The translations under genes and the position numbers were made by a program. Under the pieces are notes generated by a model, which made no database searches, had not been told where the DNA came from, and saw only the letters and a list, made by a program, of their open reading frames with translations. From an uncultured delta proteobacterium (GTDB taxonomy: Bacteria > Myxococcota > Myxococcia > SLRQ01): a stretch of 64,000 nt of DNA. Positions 40,581 through 49,433 of the stretch are shown here, in pieces; position 1 is the stretch's first letter, and each line of letters starts with the position of its first letter. The stretch is from assembly GCA_963727485.1 (NCBI GenBank), contig CAVSGM010000002.1, positions 64,001-128,000 of the forward strand, read 5' to 3'.

Positions 40581-41123
40581 TCAGTCCTCGCCGCCCCCGT
40601 CTCCCTCGGCGGCACGCCGGGGGGCGAGGAAGGCCACGTTGTCCTCGATGCGCTCGGAGAGCTTGGGCGCCTCGGGCTGGCCCTTGAAGGTGTCGAGGAG
40701 GGCCACGTGGCCCTCGACCATCTTGCGCAGCTCGGCCTCGAAGCGGGCGCGCTGGCCCTTCATGGCGTTGATGTCCTGGATCAGCTCCACCAGGCGCCGC
40801 TGGGCGTCCTGGACCACCTTCTCGGCCTGGTTCTCCGCCTCGGCGAGGAGGAACTCGGCCTCCTTGCGGGCCTGGGCCTTGATGTCGGAGGTGATCTTCT
40901 GGGCGGTGAGGAGGGTCTCCTGGAGGACCTTCTCGCGGTCCTTGTACTCCTCGAGGCGCGCGGTCTTGCGCCGCAGCTCCTCCTTGAGGTTGATGCCCTC
41001 CTTCACCGCCTCCTCGAGCTCGCCGGCGACGAGATCGAGGAAGGCGTCGACCTCGGCCTCGTCGAGGCCGCGCCACACGGTGCGGAAGGTCTTCTTCTGG
41101 ATGTCCAGCGGCGTGATCTTCAC
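40581..41123 (-). CDS. DivIVA domain protein
   Basis: ITPLDIQKKTF....RG....EVDAFLD followed by coiled coil; GTG start 41123. Confidence 0.9.
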   Translation of the reverse strand: MKITPLDIQKKTFRTVWRGLDEAEVDAFLDLVAGELEEAVKEGINLKEELRRKTARLEEYKDREKVLQETLLTAQKITSDIKAQARKEAEFLLAEAENQAEKVVQDAQRRLVELIQDINAMKGQRARFEAELRKMVEGHVALLDTFKGQPEAPKLSERIEDNVAFLAPRRAAEGDGGGED

Positions 41124-41893
41124 CGGTCGGCTCCCTGGGCCGCCTGGCCCGGCTCGGCGCCGGCGCCCGGGGGTGGCGCGGCGGCCGTGAGGTGCCGCGT
41201 CACCAGGGCGTGCACCGCAGGCGAGAAGAGGACCCCGGCGTGGCCCACGTGGTCCACGCGGACGAGCTCGGCGGGGTGGAAGGCCGCGTCCTCGGGGGCG
41301 CGGATGAAGTGGTCGCGGTCCGAGACGATGGACAGGCAGCGGACCCCGGCGAGGCGGTCGGTCCCCGCCCACAGGCGCTTCATCAGCTCCGAGTCCGGGG
41401 TGAGCTCCCGGATGAGGGGCACCGGCCGGGCGAGGCGCGCCAGCCCCAGGCCCCGGTGGGGCGTGGAGAGGGTCACCAGGGCCCGGGCGCGGTCGGCGCC
41501 GCCGAGCTCCTGGAGCCAGAGGCGGGCGAGGAGGCCCCCGAGGCTGTGACCCACGATCACCACCTCGGCGTCCGCCGGGACCTCGGTCTCGACGAAGCGC
41601 GCCAGGTCCCTCGCGTGGTCGGCCACCCGGCCCCGGGCCTTGTAGGCGAAGGCGGCGAAGCGCCGGTAGCCCGCCCGGCGCAGGGACCGGCCGAGCGGCC
41701 AGAGGCTCCCGGGGCTGGCGCCGTGGCCGTGGACCAGGATCACCGCCGGGCCCACGCCGCCGTCGCGGGTGGTCAGGGCGCTGCCCACCGGGAGCAGGGC
41801 CCCCTGGAGGGCGTAGGCCACGGCCTCCCCGGCCACGAAGCGGGGCAGGGCGGGCCTGGATGCGGCCTCGGACGCCTGCGCACGACTCACCAC
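41120..41893 (-). CDS. Alpha/beta hydrolase (lipase/esterase)
   Basis: ILVHG, GHSLGG nucleophile elbow, TLSTPHRG, GH near the C-terminus; GTG start 41893 or 41890. Confidence 0.85.
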   Translation of the reverse strand: MVSRAQASEAASRPALPRFVAGEAVAYALQGALLPVGSALTTRDGGVGPAVILVHGHGASPGSLWPLGRSLRRAGYRRFAAFAYKARGRVADHARDLARFVETEVPADAEVVIVGHSLGGLLARLWLQELGGADRARALVTLSTPHRGLGLARLARPVPLIRELTPDSELMKRLWAGTDRLAGVRCLSIVSDRDHFIRAPEDAAFHPAELVRVDHVGHAGVLFSPAVHALVTRHLTAAAPPPGAGAEPGQAAQGADR

Positions 41894-41996
41894 GGGAAAG
41901 CTATACCGCCGCGAAAGCAAAGGTCAATTTCGGGACGTCTCCCCAGGGGCCCCCGGCGCGGCCGGGCGCGGGTCCCGCGGCGACGCCGGGGCGCCG

Positions 41997-42827
41997 TCAC
42001 TCGTCGGCCTCGAGGAAGGCCTTGCCCAGGGCCTTGGCGCGCTCGGTGGCCGCCTCCACGGCGTTGATGAGGGTGGTGCGCAGGCCCCCGGCCTCGAGGG
42101 TGTGGAGGCCGGCGATGGCGGTGCCTCCGGGGCTGGTGACCTGGTCCTTGAGGCGCCCGGGGTGCTCGCCGGTCTCGATGAGGAGCTTCGCGGAGCCATA
42201 GACGGTCTGGGCCGCGAGCGCCATCGCCCGGGACCGGGAGAGCCCCATCTTCACCCCTCCGTCGGCCAGGGCCTCGATGACCATGAAGATGTACGCGGGC
42301 CCCGACCCCGAGAGCCCGGTGGCGGCGTCGATGAGGGACTCCTCGAGGACCACGGTGGTGCCCACGCTCTGGAGGATCGCCTCGGCGAGGGCCAGGTCCT
42401 CGGCGGTGGCGTGGGGGCCTGGGGCCAGGGCGCAGGCGCCGGCGCCCACCAGGCACGGGGTGTTGGGCATCACCCGGATCACCCGGGCCTCCCGGTGGAG
42501 GCGGCGCTCGAGGGCGGCGATGGGGACCCCGGCGGCGATGGAGATGGTGAGGCTCTCGGGGCCGAGGCTCGGGCCCACCTCGTCGAGGACCCGGGTGAGG
42601 ATCTGGGGCTTGACGCAGAGGATCACCACCTCCGCGCCCGCGGCGGCCTCGGCGTTGTCGGCGAAGGTGGCGACGCCGTGGCGCCCCTCGAGCTCGGCCC
42701 GGCGGTCGGCACGGGGGTGGCTGGCGCGGACCTGCCCGGGCGCCACGGCCCCGGCGGCGAGGAGGCCCTTGAGGATGGCCTCGCCCATGCTCCCCACCCC
42801 GATGAAGGCGATGCGCTTGTCGGTCAT
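41997..42827 (-). CDS. proC: Pyrroline-5-carboxylate reductase
   Basis: FIGVGSMG, VKPQ, SIAAGV, RVMPNTP, SGSGPAY, VTSPGGT; start MTDKR at 42827. Confidence 0.96.
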   Translation of the reverse strand: MTDKRIAFIGVGSMGEAILKGLLAAGAVAPGQVRASHPRADRRAELEGRHGVATFADNAEAAAGAEVVILCVKPQILTRVLDEVGPSLGPESLTISIAAGVPIAALERRLHREARVIRVMPNTPCLVGAGACALAPGPHATAEDLALAEAILQSVGTTVVLEESLIDAATGLSGSGPAYIFMVIEALADGGVKMGLSRSRAMALAAQTVYGSAKLLIETGEHPGRLKDQVTSPGGTAIAGLHTLEAGGLRTTLINAVEAATERAKALGKAFLEADE

Positions 42828-42941
42828 GGGGGCAGCATACACCGGATGCCGCGGTGCGTCGGACCCGGGGCCTCCCCAGTGGTATGCTCCCCGACCTGCT
42901 CCCGGCGGCCCGCCGTCCGGGACGGAGAAACGGGGGACACG

Positions 42942-43985
42942 ATGAGACCGCACCATGGCGCGATGCTCGCCCTGGGGATGCTCCTGGCCTTCGGGTCCGG
43001 GTGCTCCCTGACCATCCACGGCAAGGACACGGGCCGGCCCTGCGAGAGCGGCAAGTGCCCCTCGGGCCAGGCGTGCGACACCGCCACCGACACCTGCAAG
43101 GCGTCGAGCGGCTGCCAGCAGGACAGCGACTGCGGCGACCCGACCCTCAAGTGCGACACCGGCACCGGCAAGTGCATCGACGCGTGCCAGGGCGTGGCCT
43201 GCCCCACGGGGCAGCTCTGCCTCCGGGGCGGCTGCGGGGTCCCCGAGGCCCGCGACTGCACGAACGCGCCCTGCGTCCCCGGCCTCGACTGCGTGGCCCT
43301 GGGCTCGGCGAAGCTCTGCGGCCAGCCGTGCACCACCACCACCGACTGCTACAACCCCGGCGACATCTGCGACACCTCCACCGGGAACCCCACCAGCGGC
43401 TACTGCGTGTTCAACTGGTGCTCGCCGGACCCGGCATCCGCCGTGCAGCACGCCAACTACCTGGGCACCTGCAACGCCGCCGGCAGCGGCGACGGGATCT
43501 GCGTGGGGCCCGCGGTGAGGGTGCCACCCGACGGCAGCAACGGGCTCTGCGAGGCGAGCGGGACCGTCGCCGCCGGGGACACCTGCAAGGTCCACGCGTC
43601 CTACGGCGACCCGGGGCTCTGCGACAACGGCCGCTGCGTCCCCGAGCAGGCCGGCGACGCCCAGGGCACCTGCGAGACCTGGTGCGCCCTCCTCGACGGG
43701 AAGTCCTGCGCCTCGGTGGGCGGTGCCCGGCGGGCCTGTGCCTGGGCGGGCTTCGGGCTGGCCGGCAGCTGCGCGCCCCAGCAGGCCCAGCCGCTGCCCG
43801 TGGGCTCGTTGTGCAGCCAGAGCACCCTCACGCTCCCCTGCGTCAAGGACGCCGCCTGCCTCGACATCGGCGACGGCAAGGGCAAGATCTGCCACGCCCT
43901 CTGCGACCTGCGCACGGGCCTGCCCTGCCAGCAGACCTGCGTGAAGGTCCTCCAGAGCGAGCCGATCCTCGGCGTGTGCCCCTGA
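42942..43985 (+). CDS. Cys-rich secreted lipoprotein
   Basis: Signal peptide ending GSGC; densely repeated short Cys modules (C..DSDC, C..G..C). Confidence 0.75.
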   Translation: MRPHHGAMLALGMLLAFGSGCSLTIHGKDTGRPCESGKCPSGQACDTATDTCKASSGCQQDSDCGDPTLKCDTGTGKCIDACQGVACPTGQLCLRGGCGVPEARDCTNAPCVPGLDCVALGSAKLCGQPCTTTTDCYNPGDICDTSTGNPTSGYCVFNWCSPDPASAVQHANYLGTCNAAGSGDGICVGPAVRVPPDGSNGLCEASGTVAAGDTCKVHASYGDPGLCDNGRCVPEQAGDAQGTCETWCALLDGKSCASVGGARRACAWAGFGLAGSCAPQQAQPLPVGSLCSQSTLTLPCVKDAACLDIGDGKGKICHALCDLRTGLPCQQTCVKVLQSEPILGVCP

Positions 43986-44024
43986 GGCGCGCAGGGTCTT
44001 CGCGCCCCGCCGCCGGGGGGGCCA

Positions 44025-45197
44025 TCAGCCGATGATCATCGACTCGGCCCCGAGGCCCTGCCCCCCGTCCCGGAACCGCTCCACGGTGTACCGGTCGAAG
44101 TAGGGGTCCTTCTTCCCGGTGGCCAGCCACTCGGCGGCGAGCTCGGTCACCGCCGGGGCCATCATGAACCCGTGGCCCCCGAAGCCCACCAGCTGGATGA
44201 AGTCGTCGACCTCCGGGACCTCGCCGACGATGGGGTGGTGGTCGGGGGTGACGTCGTAGGCCCCGGCCCACTGGCGCACCACCCGCACCCCCGAGAGGAT
44301 GGGCACCAGCCCCGTGACCGCCTTCGCGAACCGGGTGGCGAAGCCAAAGGAGCTGTCGAAGGTGAGGCCCTCGGGCTCGTTGGGGTCGCCCATGCCCCCG
44401 ACAATCTCCCCGCGCATGGACTGGGAGAAGTAGAGACCCGCGCCGAGGAGGGACACCATCGGCCCGAGCCAGGGCTTGAGGGGCTCGGTGACCAGGATCT
44501 CGTGGCGGAAGGGGCGGTTGGGGAGCTCGACCCCGGCCATCCGGGCCAGCTCCGGGCTCCAGGCGGCGGTGGCGTTGACCACCAGCTCCGGGACCACGTC
44601 GCCGCGGTTGGTGACGACCTTGGTGATGCGCCGGCCGGTGACCTCGAGGCCCTCGACCCGGGTGAAGGGGCAGACGGCGACGCCGAGCTCCGCGGCCTTC
44701 TGGGCGTAGCCGTAGACGAAGGGCCAGGGGAAGACCACGCCGTCGTCGGGGTTGAAGGCGCCGCCGAGGAGCCCTTGGGGGTCGAGCTCGGGGACCACCT
44801 GCCGGGCCTCCTCCGGCGTGACCATCCGCGTCTTCACCCCCGAGGCGTTCTGGACCTTCACGTTGCGCTCGAGGCCTTCGAGGACCTCCTCGGTGCGGGC
44901 GAGGAAGAGGTAGCCGCCCTGGCGGAACCACACGTTGATGCCCATCTCCCGGGCGAAGCCCCGGCACAGCTCGACGCTGCGCTTCATGAGCTGGACGTTG
45001 TCCTCGCTGGCCCACTGGGCGCGCACCCCGCCGCCGTTGCGGCCGCTGGCGCCGTAGCACAGGTAGCTCTGCTCCAGGACCATCACGTCGGTGACGCCCC
45101 GGACGGCGAGGTTGTAGGCGAGGCCGAGGCCCATGATGCCCCCGCCGACGATGACCACCCGGGCGCGATCCCGGGGGAGCGGGCCGAGGCCGGTCAC
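44025..45197 (-). CDS. FAD-dependent oxidoreductase, sarcosine oxidase beta / dye-linked proline dehydrogenase beta-like
   Basis: GGGIMG, GASGRNGGGVRAQW, RQWAG.YDVTPD..PIVG, GFGGHGFMMAP. Confidence 0.85.
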   Translation of the reverse strand: MTGLGPLPRDRARVVIVGGGIMGLGLAYNLAVRGVTDVMVLEQSYLCYGASGRNGGGVRAQWASEDNVQLMKRSVELCRGFAREMGINVWFRQGGYLFLARTEEVLEGLERNVKVQNASGVKTRMVTPEEARQVVPELDPQGLLGGAFNPDDGVVFPWPFVYGYAQKAAELGVAVCPFTRVEGLEVTGRRITKVVTNRGDVVPELVVNATAAWSPELARMAGVELPNRPFRHEILVTEPLKPWLGPMVSLLGAGLYFSQSMRGEIVGGMGDPNEPEGLTFDSSFGFATRFAKAVTGLVPILSGVRVVRQWAGAYDVTPDHHPIVGEVPEVDDFIQLVGFGGHGFMMAPAVTELAAEWLATGKKDPYFDRYTVERFRDGGQGLGAESMIIG

Positions 45198-45484
45198 CGG
45201 TCGTCCTCTGGCTCGTCCGCGGCGGCGGCGAGGTGCCCGAGGGTCACCGGGAACACCGGCGGCCGGGGGGTGATGGGGGCCACCGCGTCGGCGTCGAGGC
45301 CCTGGGACTGGAGGTAGCGGGCGATGGCGGCAAGGCAGCTGCGGCCCTGGCAGATCCCGGTGCCGAAGCCGGTGTAGCGCTTGACCGACTCCACGTCCCG
45401 GTAGCCCTTCTCCAGGGCGGTCTCGAGGTCGCGGAGGGTCACGTCCTCGCAGCTGCAGACCACGGTGCGGCGGCTACGCGGCAT
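45194..45484 (-). CDS. BFD-like (2Fe-2S) small subunit (SoxA A3-like)
   Basis: CSCEDVT, KRYT..GTG.CQGRSC, T.RPP. Confidence 0.85.
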   Translation of the reverse strand: MPRSRRTVVCSCEDVTLRDLETALEKGYRDVESVKRYTGFGTGICQGRSCLAAIARYLQSQGLDADAVAPITPRPPVFPVTLGHLAAAADEPEDDR

Positions 45485-46793
45485 CGGCGGCTCCCTCGGC
45501 GGCGGCGGCGCCGGCGGCCTTCCCCGAGGCCACGCTGGCCTCGGGATCGAGGTGGCCCGCGGCGACCCCGCAGGCGAGGACGTCGTCCCGGCTGGTGCGG
45601 CCGGTGGCGTCGGTGACCACGGCGAAGCCCCCGGCGTCCGGGCGCCAGGCGACCTTCGCCCCGGCGGCGGCGGCGAGCTCGAAGGCCGGCGCCGGGGGGA
45701 GGCCCAGGACCACCAGGTCGCAGGCGAGCTTCTCCCGGGCGCCGTCGGCCTCGACGACCACCCCGGTGGCCTCCCGGGACCCGGTGACCTGGACCAGGCG
45801 CGGGCCCCCGTCCGGGGCCGCCGGGCCCCAGGCCGCCGCGGCGGGGAGGTGCCGGACCACCCGCGCCCCGGCCCCGGCGAGGGAGGCGGCGAAGGGGTCG
45901 GCGGCGGGGCCGTCGGCGCAGAGGACCACCCGCTCCCCGGCGAGGAGCCCGTGGCGGTGGAGGAGGGTGGCGGCCCAGGCGAGGTCGATCACCCCCGGGA
46001 GGTCGCCGTTCTCGACCAGGCCGAAGGTCGGGTAGCCGCCGGTGGCGACCACCAGGCGCCGGGGCCAGACCCGGAGGAGCCCCTCGGCGGTGTCGACCCC
46101 CACCAGGAGCCGGCCGGACGCCCGGTCCGCCTGCACCGCCAGGGCCGAGGTGAGGACCTCGACGCCCGTCACCGGCGAGAGCCGGACCTCCGGGTGGAGG
46201 CCGGTGAGGGCGCGGCCTCCGAGGGTGGCGGCGCCCTCGACCAGGAGCACCTCGCGGCCCTCGGCCTCGGCGGCGCGGGCGGCGGCGGTGCCCGCGAGGC
46301 CCCCGCCCACCACCAGGACCTCGACCTCCCGATCCTGGACGGTGGCGGCCTCGGCCCGGGTGTCGGGGAGGCGGCCGAGGCCGGAGAGCTTGCGCACCAC
46401 CTTCTGGACCACCGGCTGCACCAGGGGGACCCCGGTGAACATCTCGTGGTGGTCGAGGCCCCGGGGGAAGAGCCAGTCGGTGGCCCCGAGGAGGTCGTGC
46501 TCGGCGCCCCCGAGGACGTTCTGGCGCTCGGCGGTGAGGCCGTCGTGGCAGGGGGTCCGGCAGGCGGCGACGTTGGGCACCCCGTCCACCCGCATCAGGC
46601 AGTGGGCGCAGTGCCCGCCGCCGCAGGGGGCGCCCCGGGGCCGGTGGTACTTCACCGAGCGCCCGAAGACCGAGTAGCCCGCGGCGAGGAGGGCCGCGGC
46701 GAGGGGCTCGCCCTCGAACGCCGGCACCGCCGTCCCGTCGAGGTGGACGGTGATCCGCGGGCGATCGGGTGAGCGGCTGCGGCGTGCGGTCAC
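45474..46793 (-). CDS. 2Fe-2S plus FAD/NAD-binding subunit (truncated sarcosine oxidase alpha / proline dehydrogenase alpha-like)
   Basis: GE.LAAALLA.G, RS.KYHRPRG..C..G.C..C, V.AC, GGGLAG, VATG, DLPGV; no THF-binding C-terminal domain; GTG start 46793. Confidence 0.8.
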   Translation of the reverse strand: MTARRSRSPDRPRITVHLDGTAVPAFEGEPLAAALLAAGYSVFGRSVKYHRPRGAPCGGGHCAHCLMRVDGVPNVAACRTPCHDGLTAERQNVLGGAEHDLLGATDWLFPRGLDHHEMFTGVPLVQPVVQKVVRKLSGLGRLPDTRAEAATVQDREVEVLVVGGGLAGTAAARAAEAEGREVLLVEGAATLGGRALTGLHPEVRLSPVTGVEVLTSALAVQADRASGRLLVGVDTAEGLLRVWPRRLVVATGGYPTFGLVENGDLPGVIDLAWAATLLHRHGLLAGERVVLCADGPAADPFAASLAGAGARVVRHLPAAAAWGPAAPDGGPRLVQVTGSREATGVVVEADGAREKLACDLVVLGLPPAPAFELAAAAGAKVAWRPDAGGFAVVTDATGRTSRDDVLACGVAAGHLDPEASVASGKAAGAAAAEGAADAA

Positions 46794-46909
46794 GGTGCCT
46801 CGTCTCCGGGGTGGGAACCTAGCCCACTCGGGCCGGGCATTCAAACCAGCACGGGTGGTTCACACCGGGGGGTGGCCGATGCTAGGTTCCGGCGGTCGTA
46901 GCAGGGGGC

Positions 46910-47734
46910 ATGGGCATGCGGATCCTGATCGTCGACGACGATCCATCCAACGTGGCGCTCCTCGCGGAGATCTGCGAGGCCGCCGGTCATGAGGTCAGCC
47001 GGGCCCGGGACGGCCAGGCGGCGCTGGCCCAGGTGCCCGTCGTGCACCCCGAGGCGGTGCTCCTCGACGCCATGATGCCGAACCTCGACGGCTTCGAGGT
47101 CTGCGCCCGGCTCAAGGGCGACCCGGCCCACCGGGAGATCCCGGTGCTCATGGTCACCGCCCTCGACGACGTCCCCGGGCGGCTCAGGGCCCTCGAGGCC
47201 GGGGCCGACGACTACGTCACCAAGCCCTTCCGGGCCCGGGACGTCCTCGCGCGCCTCGACCGGGCGGCCGCCTTCCGGGCGGCGCGGGCCCGCCTCGCCG
47301 CCGACGCCGACGATCCGGCGATCCCGCCTGCGGTGGGCGACTACGCGGACCTGAAGCGGGACCTCACCCTCGAGGTCGCCCGGGCCGGACGCTATGGCCG
47401 CCCGCTGGCCTGCGTCGCCGCGGTGCCGCTGGGGGCCACGCCCCCGGGCCAGACCCCGGCGAGGTGGCTGGGCGAGTGCGCCGAGCAGGTGCGCCACGCC
47501 CTCCGGGACGCCGACCGGGTCTACCTCCTCGGCCGCGAGGAGATCATCGTCCTCCTCCCGGAGACCCCCCGGGAGGGCGTCGCCGCGGCGGTCGACCGGG
47601 TCCGACGCGGCCTGGGGCCCGTCGCCGCGGCCTTCGGGGTCGGGGGCACCGCCTGGGCGGACGGCCGGGGCGTGGGCCTCCTCGCCGCGGCCCGGGAGCT
47701 GGCCCTCGCCGGGAGCCCGGAGCAGGTGGCATGA
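46910..47734 (+). CDS. Response regulator with a degenerate GGDEF domain (PleD-like fragment)
   Basis: IVDDD, LLDAMMP, DDYVTKPF; C-terminal LRDADRVYLLGREEI in place of GG(D/E)EF. Confidence 0.8.
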   Translation: MGMRILIVDDDPSNVALLAEICEAAGHEVSRARDGQAALAQVPVVHPEAVLLDAMMPNLDGFEVCARLKGDPAHREIPVLMVTALDDVPGRLRALEAGADDYVTKPFRARDVLARLDRAAAFRAARARLAADADDPAIPPAVGDYADLKRDLTLEVARAGRYGRPLACVAAVPLGATPPGQTPARWLGECAEQVRHALRDADRVYLLGREEIIVLLPETPREGVAAAVDRVRRGLGPVAAAFGVGGTAWADGRGVGLLAAARELALAGSPEQVA

Positions 47735-48513
47735 GCACCGACCTCGAGCAGCTCGCCGAGGAGATTGGCATCCTCTTCGACGACACCCGCGAGGTGCTGG
47801 TCGTCGACGACGACCCTGACCTCCTCCACATGCTCGCGGCGTTCCTGGAGCGCCGGGGGATGACGGTCGCGGGCTTCGAGCACCCCCAGGCGGCCCTCGA
47901 CGCCCTCGTCGACCTCGACCCGGGGGTGGCGCTCCTCGACCTCCACCTCCCGGAGATGGACGGGCTGGCGCTGGCCGCCGAGCTCAAGCGCCTGCGCCCC
48001 GACACGGTCCCGGTGATGATGACCGGGGACACCCGCACCGGGACCCTGATCTCCGCCATGCGCGCGGGGATCCACGACTACCTGGTCAAGCCCCTCGACT
48101 CCATGCCGCTGGTCGCCGAGCGGGTGGCCCACGCCCTCGAGCTCCACAACGAGCGCCGGCGGGCCCAGCAGCTCGCCGGCTTCCTCCACGAGGCCAACAC
48201 CAGCCTCCGGGGCGCCCAGACCGAGATCGAGCAGGCCCGCACCGAGATCGAGATGTTCAACCGCATCCTCGAGGAGAAGGTCGAGACCGAGACCCGGCGC
48301 CGGGTGGCGGCGAAGGACCAGGTCGAGGCCTTCAAGAGCGCGGTGACGGTGCTCCGGGGCGAGCTGGTCGACCTCGCCGGGGCCATCGCCGCCCTCTCGG
48401 AGCGGATGCACGGCGAGGGGCAGACCCCGCGCCTCGACACCGAGCTCATGGGCCTGCTGGTCGACGCCCGCCGGGTGGTGCGGCGCATCGAGGCCCTGGG
48501 CGAGACCGGCTGA
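47731..48513 (+). CDS. Response regulator (receiver plus coiled coil, no recognisable output domain)
   Basis: VVDDD, LLDLHLP, MMTG, DYLVKP; ATGA overlap with the upstream gene. Confidence 0.8.
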   Translation: MSTDLEQLAEEIGILFDDTREVLVVDDDPDLLHMLAAFLERRGMTVAGFEHPQAALDALVDLDPGVALLDLHLPEMDGLALAAELKRLRPDTVPVMMTGDTRTGTLISAMRAGIHDYLVKPLDSMPLVAERVAHALELHNERRRAQQLAGFLHEANTSLRGAQTEIEQARTEIEMFNRILEEKVETETRRRVAAKDQVEAFKSAVTVLRGELVDLAGAIAALSERMHGEGQTPRLDTELMGLLVDARRVVRRIEALGETG

Positions 48514-48517
48514 CGCC

Positions 48518-49099
48518 CTACGCCGCCCGGGCCCGGAGCAGGTACTCGCCCGGGCGCAGGGCGTCGGCCACGGGCTCGAGGCGGACCTGGCCGAAGGCCG
48601 GCTCGAAGAGCCCCCGGGCGCGGGCCTCGGGGAGGTCGAAGGGCGGGCCGCCGTCGTTGCCGTGGTTCCAGAGCAGGGCCAGGATCTCGCCCCCGGGCTT
48701 CAGCGCCCGGGCCATGGCCGCCGGGTAGTCGGCGTGCCGGTCCTTCGGCAGGGCGCACAGGCAGGTCTGCTCCCAGACCAGGTCGAAGGCCCCGTGGAGG
48801 TCCCCGGGGAGGTCGAGGACGTCGCCCTCCCGGACCTCGAGGTCGACGCCGGCCTCGGCGGCCCGCTCCCGGAGGAGCGACACGGCCAGCGGCGCCAGGT
48901 CCACGGCGGTGACCCGGTGGCCGCGCTCGGCCCAGGCCAGGGCGTCGTTCCCCCGGCCGGCGCCGGGGACCAGGACCCGCCGCCCGGGGGTCGCGGCGTC
49001 GGCGAGGCGCTCGAGGATGGGCGGCGCCCGGCCCAGGTCCCAGGGGGTGCGCCCCTCGGCGTAGTGGGCGTTCCAGCGGTCGCGCGGGTCGTCGGCCAT
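48518..49099 (-). CDS. Thiopurine/halide S-methyltransferase family protein
   Basis: W...Y....TPWD, LVPGAGRG.D, EQTCLCAL, GPPF. Confidence 0.85.
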   Translation of the reverse strand: MADDPRDRWNAHYAEGRTPWDLGRAPPILERLADAATPGRRVLVPGAGRGNDALAWAERGHRVTAVDLAPLAVSLLRERAAEAGVDLEVREGDVLDLPGDLHGAFDLVWEQTCLCALPKDRHADYPAAMARALKPGGEILALLWNHGNDGGPPFDLPEARARGLFEPAFGQVRLEPVADALRPGEYLLRARAA

Positions 49100-49359
49100 C
49101 AGCCCACGCCCACCGAGCGGACGATGAGCTGCTGGAGGACCCAGATGATGCCGATGGCCAGCATCGGCGAGAGGTCCAGGCCCCCAAAGGTGAGGAAGCG
49201 CGAGAGCGGCGCCATGATGGGGTCGGTCAGCGTGGCGAGGAGCTTCATCAGCGGGTTCTCCGGGTCGTGGATGAACCACGAGAGGAGCGCCCGGGCGATG
49301 ATCACGTACATCACCACGTTGAGGAACTGGATGAGCAGGCTGGCGAGCTGTGGGGACAA
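49099..49359 (-). CDS. yggT: YggT family membrane protein
   Basis: IIARALLSW..DP.NP....L..LTDP, GGLDLSP; TTG start after GGAG. Confidence 0.9.
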   Translation of the reverse strand: MSPQLASLLIQFLNVVMYVIIARALLSWFIHDPENPLMKLLATLTDPIMAPLSRFLTFGGLDLSPMLAIGIIWVLQQLIVRSVGVG

Positions 49360-49433
49360 GGCCTCTCCCTTCGAATCCGGGGCGGTGTACCACACATAAT
49401 CCCCGGCGGGCCCCGCTTCATCCGGCGCCCGGA

